64,000 nucleotides of DNA from Octopus vulgaris (GCA_951406725.2 OX597814.1:59830001-59894000); one strand, 5' to 3'. Counted from the stretch's first letter, positions 1 to 14,345 are shown. Notes: generated by a model from the sequence alone, not told the origin. Translations and numbers: made by a program.

Positions 1-2260
1 GCACCTTAGTGGATGTGAATGGAGTACGTGTCAGAGGGTATAGGAAATGAATGCCCAGTGAGTAGAAGGCAATGGAATTGATCGAAATTAATGAACAGAG
101 ATTATTTGACCAAGCAAGGGGAATACGAAAGAATTGATGGGTAATAGAGTTGGAGCTAGAAGCTATTAAATGAAGGATGTCAGGTGAGGTTCTGGCTTGC
201 GAGAAATGAAAGTGGTGTAGTGGGAGATTTCGCAAGAATATCATATCGTCAATAGTGAAAGAAGTGAGATCAGTGACTACTCAAATAATGAAGTTCGATT
301 AATAATAGACAGAATTTTGGATCTATTAAATACAGAAAGGAAAGAATTTATGTGCGACTTTACGAATGTTAATTAATGGAGACTGAATCAAGAGATGAAT
401 AAAGCCAATAATGTAGTGAAACACATTGAAACAAAGAACACCACACAAACAAATAATCTTATCAAGGCTGCTAGTAGGATTCTGGCCGAAAGGATGGGAT
501 TGAGAACTACTGAGAACAGAACAGGGGCGGGTGGAAGAGAAAATAAACAACCATGGTGGAAGAGGAGAATTTCTATATACTCTTTGATATATACTCTTTG
601 AACAGTGTGGTTTCAATACTTGTCAGGAAAAGAAATGGAGAACTTGAGAATGAATGGAAATTCGAAAACGTTAGGAAGAAGTATGATGTAGATACAAAAG
701 GCCTAAATGTTGTAATTGAAGAACTGAAACAGCGCAACCGATTAAGCAATACCAACACAACAAATTGTTTAGAACCGACCATAGAAAATTTAATCAAGAG
801 ATTAACAACGATAAAAACGTGAAAGGTTTGTCCCTGATGCTGATGAAAGTCGACTTCTTTGTGGTAAGCTATGGAGTAAGCAAGAACAAAATAATACTAC
901 AACTGAATGACTCTGCAGCCTCAAGCAAACAACGTCTTACACTAGCAAGAGGCTATCCACTTCACAGAAGAGAGTATCAGAAATATGAGTAAAAAGAGAA
1001 GCGATTGGAAAGCAGCAGGATAAAAAAGTTCAGTAGTTGCCATAAATTGATCGCAGGCAATGTAATGCATTGGTCAATGGAGAAGATGAAATCCCGGACT
1101 GGTTGACAAAAGGACGAACGGTGTTGTGCCTGAAGGATGCATCAAAGGGAAATGCTGCTGACAATTACAGACCAATTTCCTGCCTCCCGTTAATGTGAAC
1201 GTTATTGTCAGGAGGAATTGTAGAACTGTATAAATTTCTTGATGAGAACGATATATTATCGCCGGAACAAAAAGGGTCTAGAAGGAAATGCAGATGTACC
1301 AAAGATCAACTATTGATAGACAAAATGGTAAAGCAAAATTGTAAACGAAGGAGAACAAATCTGCGAATGGCTTGGACTGACTATCGCAAAACTTATGATA
1401 TAATTCCACATTTGTGGATCAGTGAGTGCTTAGATTTATTTGAAATTGCGAGGAATGCAACGTGGTTCCTGAAGAGAAGTACAATGGGATGGAAAACTGA
1501 ACTGACGGAAAAAGCTTGGATATCAGAAGTGGGACTTTCCAGGGTAACAGCCGTCCATCTCCGTTGCTTTTCGTTGTCTGCATGATACCCCTTGGTACTC
1601 AGGAAAATGAACCTGTGGTACCAACTAAAGAGCAAATCCCAAACAATCAACCACATCCTCTTCATGGATTATTTGAAAGTGTATGGCAAAATGAGTTCAT
1701 TTGTGAACATGGTCCACTGATTTAGTACTGATATTAGAATGGAATTTGGACCCAAGAAGTGCGAATAATCTACCTAAAAAAATGGCATGGTACAGTCCCC
1801 AGCAGGGATAAAATTACCGGAGAGAGACTTGATTAAGCAAACTGAAACAAAAGGATACCAATACCTTGGTGTACTAGAGTTCAACGAGATAATGGAAAAG
1901 GAAATGAAAGAGCAACTGCGGATGGGGTATTTCTGAAGACTGTGGTTTGTGTTGCGCTCAAAATTGACTGGATGTAATAAAATCCAAGCAGTTAATACGT
2001 GGGCGATAGCATCACTTCGGTATGGAGCGGGAATTATAAATGGGCAAAAGAGAGAAATTAAGAAAACGGATACAAAGACTAGAAAAATGTTGACAGTACA
2101 CGGAAACTTCCACCCTAAGAGTGACACCGATAGGCTGTACTCGTCCAGAAGAAAGAGTGGGAGAGGTTTGATCAGTTGCCGGGACTGTATCGAAGTAACG
2201 GAAAACAGCCTAGGATGGCATATAAAAAATGCCGTGGAGCCACTGTTGGTCCTGCACTGT
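1..2260 (+). mobile_element. Degenerate R4/Dong-clade (RLE-type) non-LTR retrotransposon, RT region; frameshifted, 5' end outside the window
   Basis: Ordered RT motifs across frames: [142 protein letters not shown]. Confidence 0.9.
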
Positions 2261-2408
2261 CTATCTTGATGAGATCACCCTGCTACACACATGTTGTGAT
2301 GCATGTAACTGGTGTACATTTATCAGACGGGTAGTCATAATAGGTATATTGGGCTTCGCATATTTGTAGACCGGTGTCATTTTTTATAGCATGGGCTGTT
2401 TTCTCTCT

Positions 2409-2822
<414 letters not shown>

Positions 2823-2890
2823 GGAGATTGCTAAAACTGTATTCCATATTTTGATACAAAGAAATCAATGTTTCGGGAAAAAAGTCAAAT

Positions 2891-3294
2891 AGGCATGGCT
2901 GTGTTGCTTTCCAACCACATGGTTCCGGGTTATCACTCACTTGGTGGCAGCTTGGGCAAGTGTCCTCTACTTTAGCCTCGGGCCGACCAAATCCTTGTGA
3001 GTGCTTTTGGTACAACAAAACGGAACGAAGCCCATTATGTATACATATATGAGTGGGGGTGATGCGTGTCTGTGTGTGTAAGCGTGCGCGTATTTGTGTT
3101 TGTCCCCCCATCACCGCTTCATAACTTGTGTTAGTACGTTTCCTTCCCAGTTCGGCAAAATGGAACAATAGAATAGGTAACAGGTTTAAACAAAAAGAAT
3201 ACTGGTGTCGATTCATTCGACTAAAAATTCTTCAACGCGCTGCCCTAGCATGGCTGCAGTCTTATAACTGAAACAAGTACGAGATTAAAAAAAA
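2891..3294 (+). mobile_element. SINE family A (tRNA-type head, CORE-like centre)
   Basis: tggctgtg A-box-like head, cttgggcaagtgtc CORE-like motif, 3' end gcatggctgcagtc..actgaaacaagta shared with other copies in the window. Confidence 0.85.
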
Positions 3295-3651
3295 TATCAA
3301 TGATCGCTATAATTAATGATGTATCATTTTACAAGCATCGAATGAATAAAGAGCGAATATGACTTCATGGTTTTGGGATTTGAGGATAACTTTTCTGGCT
3401 GTACGTGTACAAAGAGATAAAGATATGCTTTGAACGTTATATAGAAACCTTACACAGTTGTGTGTGTGTGTAGAGAGAGAGACAAAAATGAAAGACGCTA
3501 TAAAATCAAAATGAGAACAGATATCAATGAAAATTATAACATTATAAACAATGATTAAAACAATGTAAAAGGAAAGAGAAATAAAGCATGAAAAGCAATC
3601 TGGATTCTTATCTACATTCAAGGGAAGAATCCAGTGGGTAGGGCACAGTCG

Positions 3652-3714
3652 CTTCTTCTTCTTCTTCTTCTTCTTCTTCTTCTTCTTCTTCTTCTTCTTC
3701 TTCTTCTTCTTCTT
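3652..3714. repeat. (CTT)n microsatellite
   Basis: Direct observation. Confidence 0.98.
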
Positions 3715-3949
3715 GTAATTGCCAATAAGAATTTTATTTCCCTAAGGACATACTGCCTTTGATAACCGAGCGCAAGCAAATTTTGTTTTACATACTTCCT
3801 TTGATCTTAGATATTTTAGCTACATTTGAATTAAAAAGCATAGCACAAAAATTGAATTACAGAATAAACAAAAAGCTGAAATAAGGAACATGTAATGAAA
3901 AATGAATAGAAGTAAAGCTTATTTCCAACAATTCAACAAGCAATTTTAA

Positions 3950-4560
3950 CAATGTCCGTAAGAAATAAGGCAACAACACACGAGCAGAGACACAATATTA
4001 TAACCATAAGCATAGTAATGTCGCTAAAGAAATTACATTTGCCTTTGTGTTGACAAGAGCAGAATATTTGAGATTTAATACAGATGTAGAACTGTTAAGC
4101 CCCCAAAACCTGCTACGTATTAAAGACGAATTAAATCCGTTTTACTAGGAAGAGCAAACTGACACGTCTATTAAGATATACAATATTTGGCAGGATTTTG
4201 AAATATCTTGGAATGTGCGGAAGTTAAGTTGAAGAAAAAAGGGCAAGATTTTGACATGCAGTTATATTTGGTTATCATCTACAGAGAGATTTAAAGGTCC
4301 TAAATATGACTTTTGGAATGTTTGAGCATACTACATTTAGATGAAATTCTAGATAGGATTATTACAAATACCGAGATAAACATATTTAACACAGTAGAAA
4401 ATACTGCATACATTCCAGAAATTCAAACTATTGCCTAGCAACAGAGGAGCATTAGCAGTGATACACTACTCTGTTGCCGTGCATAATTGGATTCTAAAGG
4501 GAATGTAAGGCCTTCATAGATATATTCTGAAGTTGAGGACAGCGTAAAACATATAGCATT
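3950..4560 (+). mobile_element. Possible highly decayed LTR-retrotransposon (Gypsy-like) pol fragment
   Basis: Scattered motif echoes in the expected order (EITF, PPKPAT..ELxSFLG-like, YIP, NWILKG); heavily disrupted. Confidence 0.3.
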
Positions 4561-4817
4561 CACTAGCATGTGTATTCTCTAGTAACTGCAAGAAGGCAGG
4601 AAATAATTATCATTGACGAATCTGTTGCCAGTAAACTCAGAACATTAGATAGGTATTTAGCAAGTGGCCAAGAATTGATTTTCAATATATCGCAACAATC
4701 AACAACTTGGTTCAGAAAAGTGTCCAAAACATCAAAGACTTCAAAGAGATTCGTGGCGGAAAAGCAAAGCAAAGCGAAACATTTTCACCTATAAGTATAA
4801 TTGGAATAAGCTAAAAA

Positions 4818-4995
4818 TCCTTTCTACTACAGGCACGGGGGCTTGAATTTTGGTAGAATGGGTAAGTCGATCTTACTGGCAATTATTGTTTCGACCCCGA
4901 ATATAAACGTCAAAGGCGATCTCGATGGAAGTTGTACCGAAAACTGAAAGACGGGCGAAGTGGCGATAAGAAGTTTGTCAATCGTGCTAACTTTT
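4818..4995 (-). mobile_element. SINE family B, decayed copy
   Basis: ttctactacaggcac..tcgaccccga..aaaggcgatctcga matches the reverse complement of family B copies (e.g. 38320-38460). Confidence 0.6.
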
Positions 4996-5059
4996 CAGTC
5001 AGCCCACTACCTTTCAATACAAATAGCAAAAAAAAAATAAATAACAGACATGACACTGT

Positions 5060-5562
5060 TTCAAAGAGGACAACCTGAAACAAAATTTGCAACACACATC
5101 CCTTGTCGAATGTCCTCCCTCAAATTTTCAAGATGTCCGACGATCCCCGTGCACATGCTGACGAATTTCCACCACAATTCCGTGGCTGACGCTTGTAGCA
5201 GGTCCTCCAGATCGCCCATCGTCTTCCCGGCACGTTCTTCCTCTTTTGAAGTATCGCTGCCACTCAAAACATTGCGTACGACCTATTGCCGCGTCGCCGT
5301 AAGTTTTCCGAAGTATAATAAATGTCTCTGCATCAGACGTGTTAAGCTCCAAACACGAAATATCACGCTGGATCTTTGTTCCAACTTCTTGTCCATGACA
5401 AAAATCGCAGACTACAGCATATAACGTAATAACGAAAACATAAATTTCACAAGTTGCAAAGTATGTCACACTGCCTCACGAAGGTCACTGCGCACACAAA
5501 CGTGTGCTGCTATCTGTTGGCGGACAATAGAACTAGTCTGGAAATCTTCTGAGACCACCCCA
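5060..5562 (-). mobile_element. Mariner transposon 5' fragment (TIR plus N-terminal HTH of the transposase)
   Basis: ORF 5128-5469 contains AETFIILRKTYGDAAIGRTQCFEWQRYFKRGRTCREDDGRSGGP (mariner HTH); TIR-like TA-TGGGGTGGTCTCAGAAGATTTCCAGACT at 5533-5564. Confidence 0.85.
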
Positions 5563-5569
5563 TATATGT

Positions 5570-5893
5570 TTATGTGTGTGTTTGTGTCTGTATGTTTGTG
5601 AATGTGTTTGTGTCTGACCCCACCATCGCTCGGGAACCAATGTTGGTGGCTTTAACGCCCCCGTAACTTAGAGATTCGGTAAAAAAAAGTATTGATAGAA
5701 TAAGTACCAAGCTTAAAAACATAAGTACCGGGATCGATTCACGACCTAGTGGCTCGGCAATAAAAAAAAACCGATAAAATAAGTACTTCGCATTAAAAAA
5801 ATATTTACTGGGGTCGATTTGTTCGATAAAATGCTTCAAGGTGGTGCTCCGGCATGGCCGCTGTGTAATGGTGAAAACAAGTAAAAGATAAAA
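5570..5893 (+). mobile_element. SINE family A, 3' half
   Basis: ccccgtaacttag..gatagaataagtacc..gtgctccggcatggccgc..gaaaacaagtaaaagataaaa. Confidence 0.8.
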
Positions 5894-5924
5894 GGTAATT
5901 ACAATGATAATAACAACAACAGCA

Positions 5925-6355
5925 ATAAGTGCTTGTGACTTAGGAACAAGGTTAGTAAATTCGAGACGAAGTGTTTACCCGATACCATTGACCTCATTAT
6001 CTGACTGGTACTTTAATTTATCTCTCCGAAAGGCGAAGTTCACTTCGGTGGGAATTGAATTCGGAATATATGCAACTGAAAGAAAATACAGCAGAATATG
6101 TTTTTATGGACACCTAAGGATTCTGCCGTCTCGCTCCCTGCAATAATAATTATTTCTAATTTTTGTAGAAAGCCAGAAATTTTGAGGGGAAGATGTCTGA
6201 AGATTACGTCGACGATAGTACTTGACTGGTACTTCATTTCATTGATACCGATGCAATGAAATGCAAAGTCGAAATTGCGTAATTTGAACTACGGATGTAA
6301 AATGTTGGAAGAAATGTCGCTAAACATTTTGTAAGATACACTAACGATTATGCCT
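5925..6355 (-). mobile_element. Two decayed SINE family B copies in tandem
   Basis: actggtactt..gaaaggc.aagt(t/c)..gaatt(t)gaa motifs occur twice. Confidence 0.6.
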
Positions 6356-6999
6356 GAGGTTTCTTTCAGAATAATCTATTCATTCGTATTCGAATGACAA
6401 GATTACCATTCTCAGGCCTTAGCATGAATCCTTTTCGAAGAAAATGTGATATCCTGCAGAGACTGATTTTTGTCCAGATATATTTTGTGATTCACTTGCG
6501 ACTCACAAACGAAAGAAGGCCTATATAAAAACAACATTGTAATTATCAAAACGTGTGGCCGTTTTTGTATATAATGTATTTCAATTGTTAAAATTTGCAT
6601 TTCGAAACCGAATATTTAAATAGAATTTAATTTCTTGTGAAGTAAATTGAACAATACAATTGAAATTCGCTTATTGTATCAAGGCTGAATTACTACTCGT
6701 TTGCATTATTCCATACAGAAAGTAGGAGAGATAAATTAAAGATAAGGTACATATTAAGTGTTTGAAATTTACATCTTTGATTTACTTCCAAAGCGAATAA
6801 TAAGAAAATTTGAAAGTGACTAAGTTTCTGTTGAAGAAAGTTGACAAATGCATTTAAAATATACTAACTGTTGCATAAAGGACATATTTTCTATTATTTG
6901 ATAGGGTTAAATTTGAAGTTATAGGCATATTTTTATGTTTATGGTATTTGCATTTTTCATGTGTATCCTAAACAAAAACATTCTCCTTACTTTGTATGT

Positions 7000-7560
7000 C
7001 AACTAAAAATGTGAAGATAGTGTTTACTATGATATATAAAAGTGATTGTGATTAGACTAGAAATCATTTCTAGTTTAAAGAAAAGGACAGGAGTGGTAAC
7101 ATTCAGTAGCAAAGGCTGTCCGTGGAATCTGCCTTAATCGTATATTAGCCTCGCAGTGACTTGTGGTTGTAGCATTAGTATTAGGGATTATTTTAAATAA
7201 ATTTGTGGGTAGTGACTGTTCTAAATATGTCTATCGTTTGTAATACTTCCGTGAGTATTATATCCCTAGATCCCTATAGTAGTGTCATCTGTGGTGCAAG
7301 CATTCAAAAGAGACTTATATTTTGCAGTAAAATATGATCCTGTGCCTTTGCACTGATTATAAGTTGCTTCATCCCTAAATTTATAGACCCGAGATCTATC
7401 GATAGTTTTCATTGAATACGGAGTTATTCTCCAAGATTAATTTTAGTCCTTCTATTACGAATTCTTTTTTGATGTGGTGTGGGTGTTCACTGGAGGGATT
7501 CGCCAGCCAGAAACGGTTTGCCTCTATTCTTAGGTTATGGGAGATATTTAAAACAATCCC
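7000..7560 (-). mobile_element. Penelope-like element RT remnant
   Basis: Minus strand reads VLNISHNLRIEANRFWL..KKEFVIEGLKLILENNSVFNENYR*ISG, the PLE RT segment between motifs A and B'. Confidence 0.65.
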
Positions 7561-7651
7561 TACTACTACTGTTACTACAACCAGGGTAGGTTACTGTGAC
7601 GCCACTTGACCATTAAAGTACATTCCACAGACAGCCTTTACTACTGTATTT

Positions 7652-7760
7652 TTCTTCTCCTTCTTCTTCTTCTTCTTCTTCTTCTTCTTCTTCTTCTTCT
7701 TCTTCTTTTTTTTCTTCTTCTTCTTCTCCTCCTTCTACTTCTTCAGTTTCTTCTTCTTCG
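7652..7760. repeat. (CTT)n microsatellite
   Basis: Direct observation; source of the poly-Leu and poly-Glu pseudo-ORFs. Confidence 0.95.
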
Positions 7761-8125
7761 GCTCTTCTGCTTAAACCATCAAACTTCAGAACCAATTATA
7801 TCTTTGCACGCACAAACACAACTGTTCAGATCTGCTACTTCCTACCTGACGAACCTACATAAAGGGAAACAGAGAAAGAGAGAGAGAGAAATGAAAAATG
7901 ACCTACCTATTTGAAGACTATAGAAATATTTACAATATATTTCATTTAATCTTTTTTTCAATTTAATTGTTTTTCCTTTCTTAATATCCACCTTTGTTTT
8001 ACTCTTAGCTGAAAATGTCGAATCGACAGAAACCGGTACTAACCATTACAAAATGTATTTCATGATAAAATTATTTTAGCATTTATCTTATTTGCCTTAT
8101 ACATATCAAAACGTGTGTCATTTTG

Positions 8126-8170
<45 letters not shown>

Positions 8171-9484
8171 CCCACCGTTTTTGTGTGGGTATAAGAAAGA
8201 GGTGCATTTGTGAATTTATTACAATTCCTTATTAAAACTATAATATTTGGTGGTCATTGGTAAGTTAAGATACTCTTATTTGCATGGCTGACTGACAATC
8301 CATTAATTTTGTTCCCTAATGTACGGAAATATAATTGTGTAAGAAAGCGTTATTAGAGGTAAACGTAATAACAGTTTACATGTATAACGAAGGTAATAAA
8401 ATATTAAAGGTATTAGGACTCGCTATTCCTTCATTCAAATCTATAAATGTTGTGTATTGAATTCTCTTGCATATTTGCGTTTAATGCTCTGCATTACACA
8501 ATCTAAGATGTTTCAGTGAGTATATCTCAGCAGTTATTCTGATATATCGAATTTATTCAAAACTGCTTTTCATAATGCTGAATCCCTAATCTCCTTGCAA
8601 TTGAAGTCATTATTTCTACGTATATTATTGGAAAGGAATACGGTTAATTTGTACAACCTTCCAGATAGATATATTCAGTGGCTCGTATGTACATTTGATT
8701 ATTACATTCTAACAATTAGGTGTTAAGCAGAAATCGTCTAATGAAGGTAAACCACTTCATTGAACGTATAGCAATGTACCACATATTCAGCAAATTAGGA
8801 GAATACATAGCCGAAAATGTCATTTTCTAAATTTGTATCTTAATCAGGTTCTAAAGCCTTTCTTCCTAAAGGACTTCGTCCATACACTGCTTAATACCTC
8901 TTTTCAACCTTCAAAGAGTTGGGAAGTGCCTCATTATTGTCTTTACTACAAATGTGATAAACCATATGCAATACCATATGTCGACAATACTCCGTTGAAT
9001 GCTGATAATAGAGAATATTTCAAAATGTAGAACAAATCATTTTCCGTCCAATTTCTATAGCATACGATAAATTTTATAATCTTTTTTTGTACTTCAGCTT
9101 TCAATAGTAAGTAACATAGTAAAAAAAAGAAAATGCAGCATACGTTGTGTGCGAATATGAACTGATTGTTCGATATACATAATTTTCAATATCCTAAATA
9201 GACCATATTTTGTCACCGTAACCCTTCTCAAAGATGTTATTTCCCTTTCAGAACTACTGGAACATCTTGCATCTTATGCACTTCAGTTTAGCAAGATGAA
9301 ACTATGCTAAGACCATTACATCGATACAAGATTCCAAATACTTGTAAATGAGAAGCAAAACGAAAATGTAATGACCTACATTTGTTTTCCTATTTTATTA
9401 TTTCTATTATCAAAGCCAATTACAATATTCTCGTCACCATCCTCCTATATTTATCTTTACTTGCAACAGTGACACCCTGTTAGT

Positions 9485-9541
<57 letters not shown>

Positions 9542-10204
9542 TATGATGTTACTGCGTTGCATACTATGTAGGTTAATAATGACAAACAAGCTTGGATTAG
9601 ATTATCCATCTGAAATTTTATATCAAAGTAGCTACCTACCAGTTTGCGACTATAATGTGACACAAATACGCTTCCAATTAGTACTTCTCTTATAAGTGAG
9701 TTACACTACTATGTAGTACATATTTACACCTAGATTGACTACGTTTATGGCAGTCATGTAAATTATCAATAAGCTTGGGTTTATCAGTGCAAGTGACAAT
9801 ACACCAACCACCTATTATATAGATGTAAGCAATAACATTCATCTTATCCTCCTTTCCTGTGGACTATCCTTACATTATAAATAAGTCCAAGCATATTTAT
9901 AATGTAAGGATTATTACAAACTTATTTACAATGTAAGGATGATATACTATCGTAGTTAACATACGACAGTTAAAATGCAACATTGATAATTTGTAAGAGA
10001 AAAGATTAGTAAATGAATAAACTCCACATAATATAGATCGTACATGCTAAACATATCTTGAAATCAGAATTAAATTAGATCGAAACATGAACAGGAAATG
10101 AGCCAGCGATTTATCACAATATTTTCAGTTTGCTACTTCAGCTTTCTGACAGTTTGTTTTGCTTTTTCGAGACAAATTGATAAACGTGATCAATGTTTCC
10201 AAGT

Positions 10205-10302
10205 AAAAGTACTTAATTTATCGACCACAAAAGGATGAAAGGCAGAGTCGACCTCAGCGGAATTTGAACTCAGAACCTAAAGATAGACAAAATACCTATT
10301 TC
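10205..10302 (-). mobile_element. SINE family B fragment
   Basis: tttatcgacc..aaggatgaaaggcagagtcgacctcagcggaatttgaactcagaac. Confidence 0.85.
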
Positions 10303-11715
10303 GCCTCCCTTCTTACAACACATCTTATCCTATTAATATACATCATTGGCACGTTGCCTCGGATTTGCGCAACGTATTGCAGCCATTTTAGATTTAAGTC
10401 ATTTATTGAATGGTATTCAGATTTTTAACCCTGGCAAAATATGAGTCAACACCAACTACGGTAGAATATGAACTCTGTATTTATATATGATGGAGAAACA
10501 AAATTGTATAACGAATTAATTTCTTAATCTATAGTTTGAATCATTCCGCCTACTTCAAAGTGACCTACCCGTCCACAGTTTTATATCAAGCGATTACTGG
10601 ACAAACGAGCTATATTGCTATTTTCTAACTTGTTAATCTTAATTATTGTCATGCAGCTTTTCGTCCATTTCATTGCAAGCTAGTCTTTATACCATTAGCT
10701 ATACATAATGTTAACTATAAATATCTACTGTTGGGGAATTTCTGTCAATAAAATGGTATATATCAAGATTTATAGCCTGATTTATTAAACAAATTAGCAA
10801 TCTTCTTGAATGACATCAGTTTAAACGTTATTCGTGAGACCGTTTTCTAACATTTCCTTCAAGTGAACTGTTATCGTTATCCAAAGGTACATAATTGACG
10901 GATGGGTAATCGTAATAAATACAGTATAAAGAATGTTTATATTCTTATTTCTGATTATATATTATACTTTTAAATCTTTTGCTAATTTGTGTCATTCCAT
11001 ATTACTAACCAAGCTAGTAAGTGCTGCTTGGAATGTCAGTGTTTAAACCACAGGCAAACTATAGTGTAAATCATTTTATAACATTGTTATTAGATATTAC
11101 TGGCGAACCCTCCTACGTTAAACATTCTATCACAAATTTAGTAAAACGACCGCCTTCTTACATGATTTTGACAAACACTAAACGAGTAGGTGTATTGTTT
11201 AATGCTATATACCACTTAGCATTCATACATTTGCGTTTGAAAGATTTGAAAAACTACCTTACGAAAATATATAATTTCCTGATATGTAGATTTGCTTCTC
11301 TCTATGGTTTTTACAGTTGTATTGTTTAGACCAATCATAATATATACGGAATGATGTTCTATTCGAAGAGTTAATTAACATAGCGATATGAAAATATATC
11401 AAAACTTATGAGAAAATGTCGAACAAGTAGAAAGTAATAGGAATATATACACAGGCAGATATACTTCTATAGAAATATATATGTCAACAGCTATGTATAT
11501 ATATATATATAATATATATATATTCAGATTATAAGGAAATTGTGTCATTGAGATTCAAAGATATCAGGTAATGCTCAATAAGTGCTATAGACAGACCAAG
11601 TTCCAGGTTCGGTAATTTTGCGAATAAGGGGTTCAACGTTGGACATACGTCAGCGTGTGTATATAAGAATGTTTTGCCAAGGCGGTGTAGATATTAGAAC
11701 ATTTATAGAGAGAAG

Positions 11716-11767
11716 GTCTTACAGCTGTTTCCAGGATATTTATTGATTATATCCCTTCATCGGATAC
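11716..11767 (-). ncRNA. Type I hammerhead ribozyme motif (decayed) in a PLE-like terminal fragment (about 11528-11870)
   Basis: Minus strand: GTAT-CCGATGA-AG-GGATAT(AATCAATAA)ATATCC-TG-GAA-ACAGCTGT-A/AGAC; palindromic stem III ACAGCTGT, GUA site; core has a U4C change. Confidence 0.7.
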
Positions 11768-11869
11768 GGTGTGAAAGGATGGTGAAGTAGATAGGATACA
11801 AAATAGAGAGTAAGGTAGAGGAAAGAAAATAGATTTGAGATATGTAGGGATATTGAAGTTGTAGATCCA

Positions 11870-12088
11870 CTTTTTAGGCAGACCATTCTGCGCGTACAAA
11901 TGCACGTTCTCGCGGCTTTGTCGATCGCATTCTCACTTAGAATCGATTTTTTGTAATTTTAGCAAGACTTATACACGCCCTGATACCGTCGGTATCTACA
12001 TATCAAATTGGAGCGCAATCGGATGGAGGATGCCCGAGATCCTAGAAGACACACACACAGACAGACAGAACGGATTTTATATAATAGA
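11870..12088 (-). mobile_element. Helitron-like 5' end fragment
   Basis: Minus strand begins A|TCTATTATATAAAATCCGTTCTGTCTGTCTGTGTGTG, the TC start plus microsatellite layout typical of non-autonomous Helitrons. Confidence 0.55.
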
Positions 12089-12392
12089 TTATATTCCTCA
12101 CGCTAATACAAGCTAAGTTTTTGTACCTCTTCACCCAAAATAGAAAACATCCGATGTGGGAACACTGTGACTATCTGAAGCTAAAATGTATGATATCCTC
12201 ACACATATATCAACTGACCAGTTAGGATGAGTTATACAATTTTTTTTAAAGTAATCCTTTTGAAACCAATTAGGCGAAATGATCCCAAGAGCTGCTTTCA
12301 AGCACCAGCTGTTTTATTTTTCTGTTTATAAATAAATTTGAAACCACTTTCCACATATCCTAAAGTATACCAATGATATAATATTGACTTAC

Positions 12393-12590
12393 ATTGAAAG
12401 AACTGTTCAGATTTTCTCAACAGGTTCGGAGGAGCTACATCTGCACTTCTTTCTTTTGGCGTATAGTGAATGTCAGTTGGCTGTGGGTACGTACTTGGCT
12501 CTGGAGAAGACAAATGCGGTTGAGATGTTCTCTCTTTTGGAAACTGAACGACAGGAGGTGGCTTTTGAAACGTCCGTCTTTGATACTCAG

Positions 12591-12655
<65 letters not shown>

Positions 12656-12685
12656 CCATTATCATCATTTGAGAAAACTGATGCC
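12393..12685 (-). CDS. Candidate internal exon of an unidentified host gene: acidic poly-Asp tract followed by a Pro/Ser/Thr-rich disordered segment
   Basis: Acceptor tttttcatttcattttgtatAG|g at 12686-12687, donor caat|GTAAGT at 12392-12387; 293 nt, open (1 nt + 97 codons + 1 nt): ASVFSNDDNG-D(n)-SEYQRRTFQKPPPVVQFPKERTSQPHLSSPEPSTYPQPTDIHYTPKERSADVAPPNLLRKSEQFFQ. Confidence 0.6.
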
Positions 12686-14038
12686 CTATACAAAATGAAA
12701 TGAAAAATAAACATGGAATTAAATGAATTTCTCTTCACACATTGAATAACATTGGTATTTGTTTGTCAATACATAGCCTTAGAACACATTGGAACTCATA
12801 CAAATGTTTATAAGCCTCAAACTTATAATGCTATGGATGGACATGTCTGACAGCCTACCCGCATTTTTATGTAAAATGAAAGGTGGGTGGTGAGTGGGGA
12901 CTCTGAGTTTTACACGGGTGTCTTCGGAAACTGATATTCAACCCCATTTCCAATGCAAATAATAAATTCAACAAATGGGGTGTTCCTAGCTGTAAGATAT
13001 GCTGATAAACACCAGGACATAAAAAAATAAACGAACGTCTAAAGGAGATTCACCAATTACATGTCTGTTTGAAAACTGTAGACAGGCTATCTGTAGCTCT
13101 CCTAATGATATTCATTGAGAAATTTGAAATATATTTTGAGCTGTGTTAGGTTTATGTTGGTATATTTTCTGTTTGTTTTGGCTACACGCTTCAAAACGAA
13201 TAATCTATCAAATGTTAATAACCGCTCAATTATTTGCTTTAAATTTAAATGCCATGATGTTTGGTGGTGCTTAAAAAAAACGATTCTAACAACTTTTTTC
13301 ATCGCATTTTAACATATATTAAATTAAACGTGTGTCGGTTTGGATCCAAGTTTTGAAAATGGCGCGCACTATTCTGCACTGAAACATACGATTCGCAATT
13401 AATTGTTGAACAGTTCTGAAGTCGAAAAACTTTAAATTTTCCCATACATTACACTGAACTGGCAAAATTTAAAAGCATTTTTAGTCTTATTCAGGACACT
13501 AGATATATCACGTGTTTTTTCATCCAAACTTCCGATAGGGATAATGAATTTCCCTACTTTCGATGTGTAAAATGTAAGGATTGCATTTTAAACGACACTA
13601 ATCCGACGTCCGCCCGATTTTGGAGGACTATTGAAAAAAAATACTGCTACAAATACAATTTTTTCTACATGGATGATGATAGTAATGAATGGAAATGACA
13701 ATGAGAAATGCAAAACGTAAAATAACTCCATTTTGATGTCGTATTGATGAGGGGCCGATATCGGCAAACAATTACCAATATTCCGTTGTTCACCCAATAC
13801 CGGCCTGATATGGTCATACCGTTTGGGTTCATTACTCTTTCTTCCCACTATAGCATTAGCTGTTATTAAATATCTTATTTTCTTATTAATTCATTACTAT
13901 TCCTGATGATTCGATTGATACAACTATAGTCACACAGCATGCTTGAGTGTATTAAGTATTAATCCGTATTTACTATTACTCTCCATACTAATACTGAGTA
14001 GTTCTTTAAATATTGGCATTTAATTTTTGAATAGGTTA

Positions 14039-14041
<3 letters not shown>

Positions 14042-14107
<66 letters not shown>

Positions 14108-14345
14108 AACATACGCACAGACAGACAGAAAAATTGGTAGGTATAAATACATTCATATATATATATAAATATATAAATGCCTAAAAATACACATATGTTA
14201 CCCACGAGATTTTCCAATTGATATATATATGTATGTATGTATGTATGTTGTATGCATGTATGTATGTATGTATGTATGTATGTATGTATGTATGTATGTA
14301 TGTATGTATGTATGTATGTATGTATTTATGTATGCATGTTTGTAT
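14042..14345. repeat. (TA)n and (TATG)n microsatellites
   Basis: Direct observation. Confidence 0.97.

Noticed and set aside
840-860. CTGATGA matches here and near 13903, 17702, 22672, 23625, 59142 and 63874
   Set aside because: None has the stem II-GAAA-stem III-stem I context, so they are chance heptamers.
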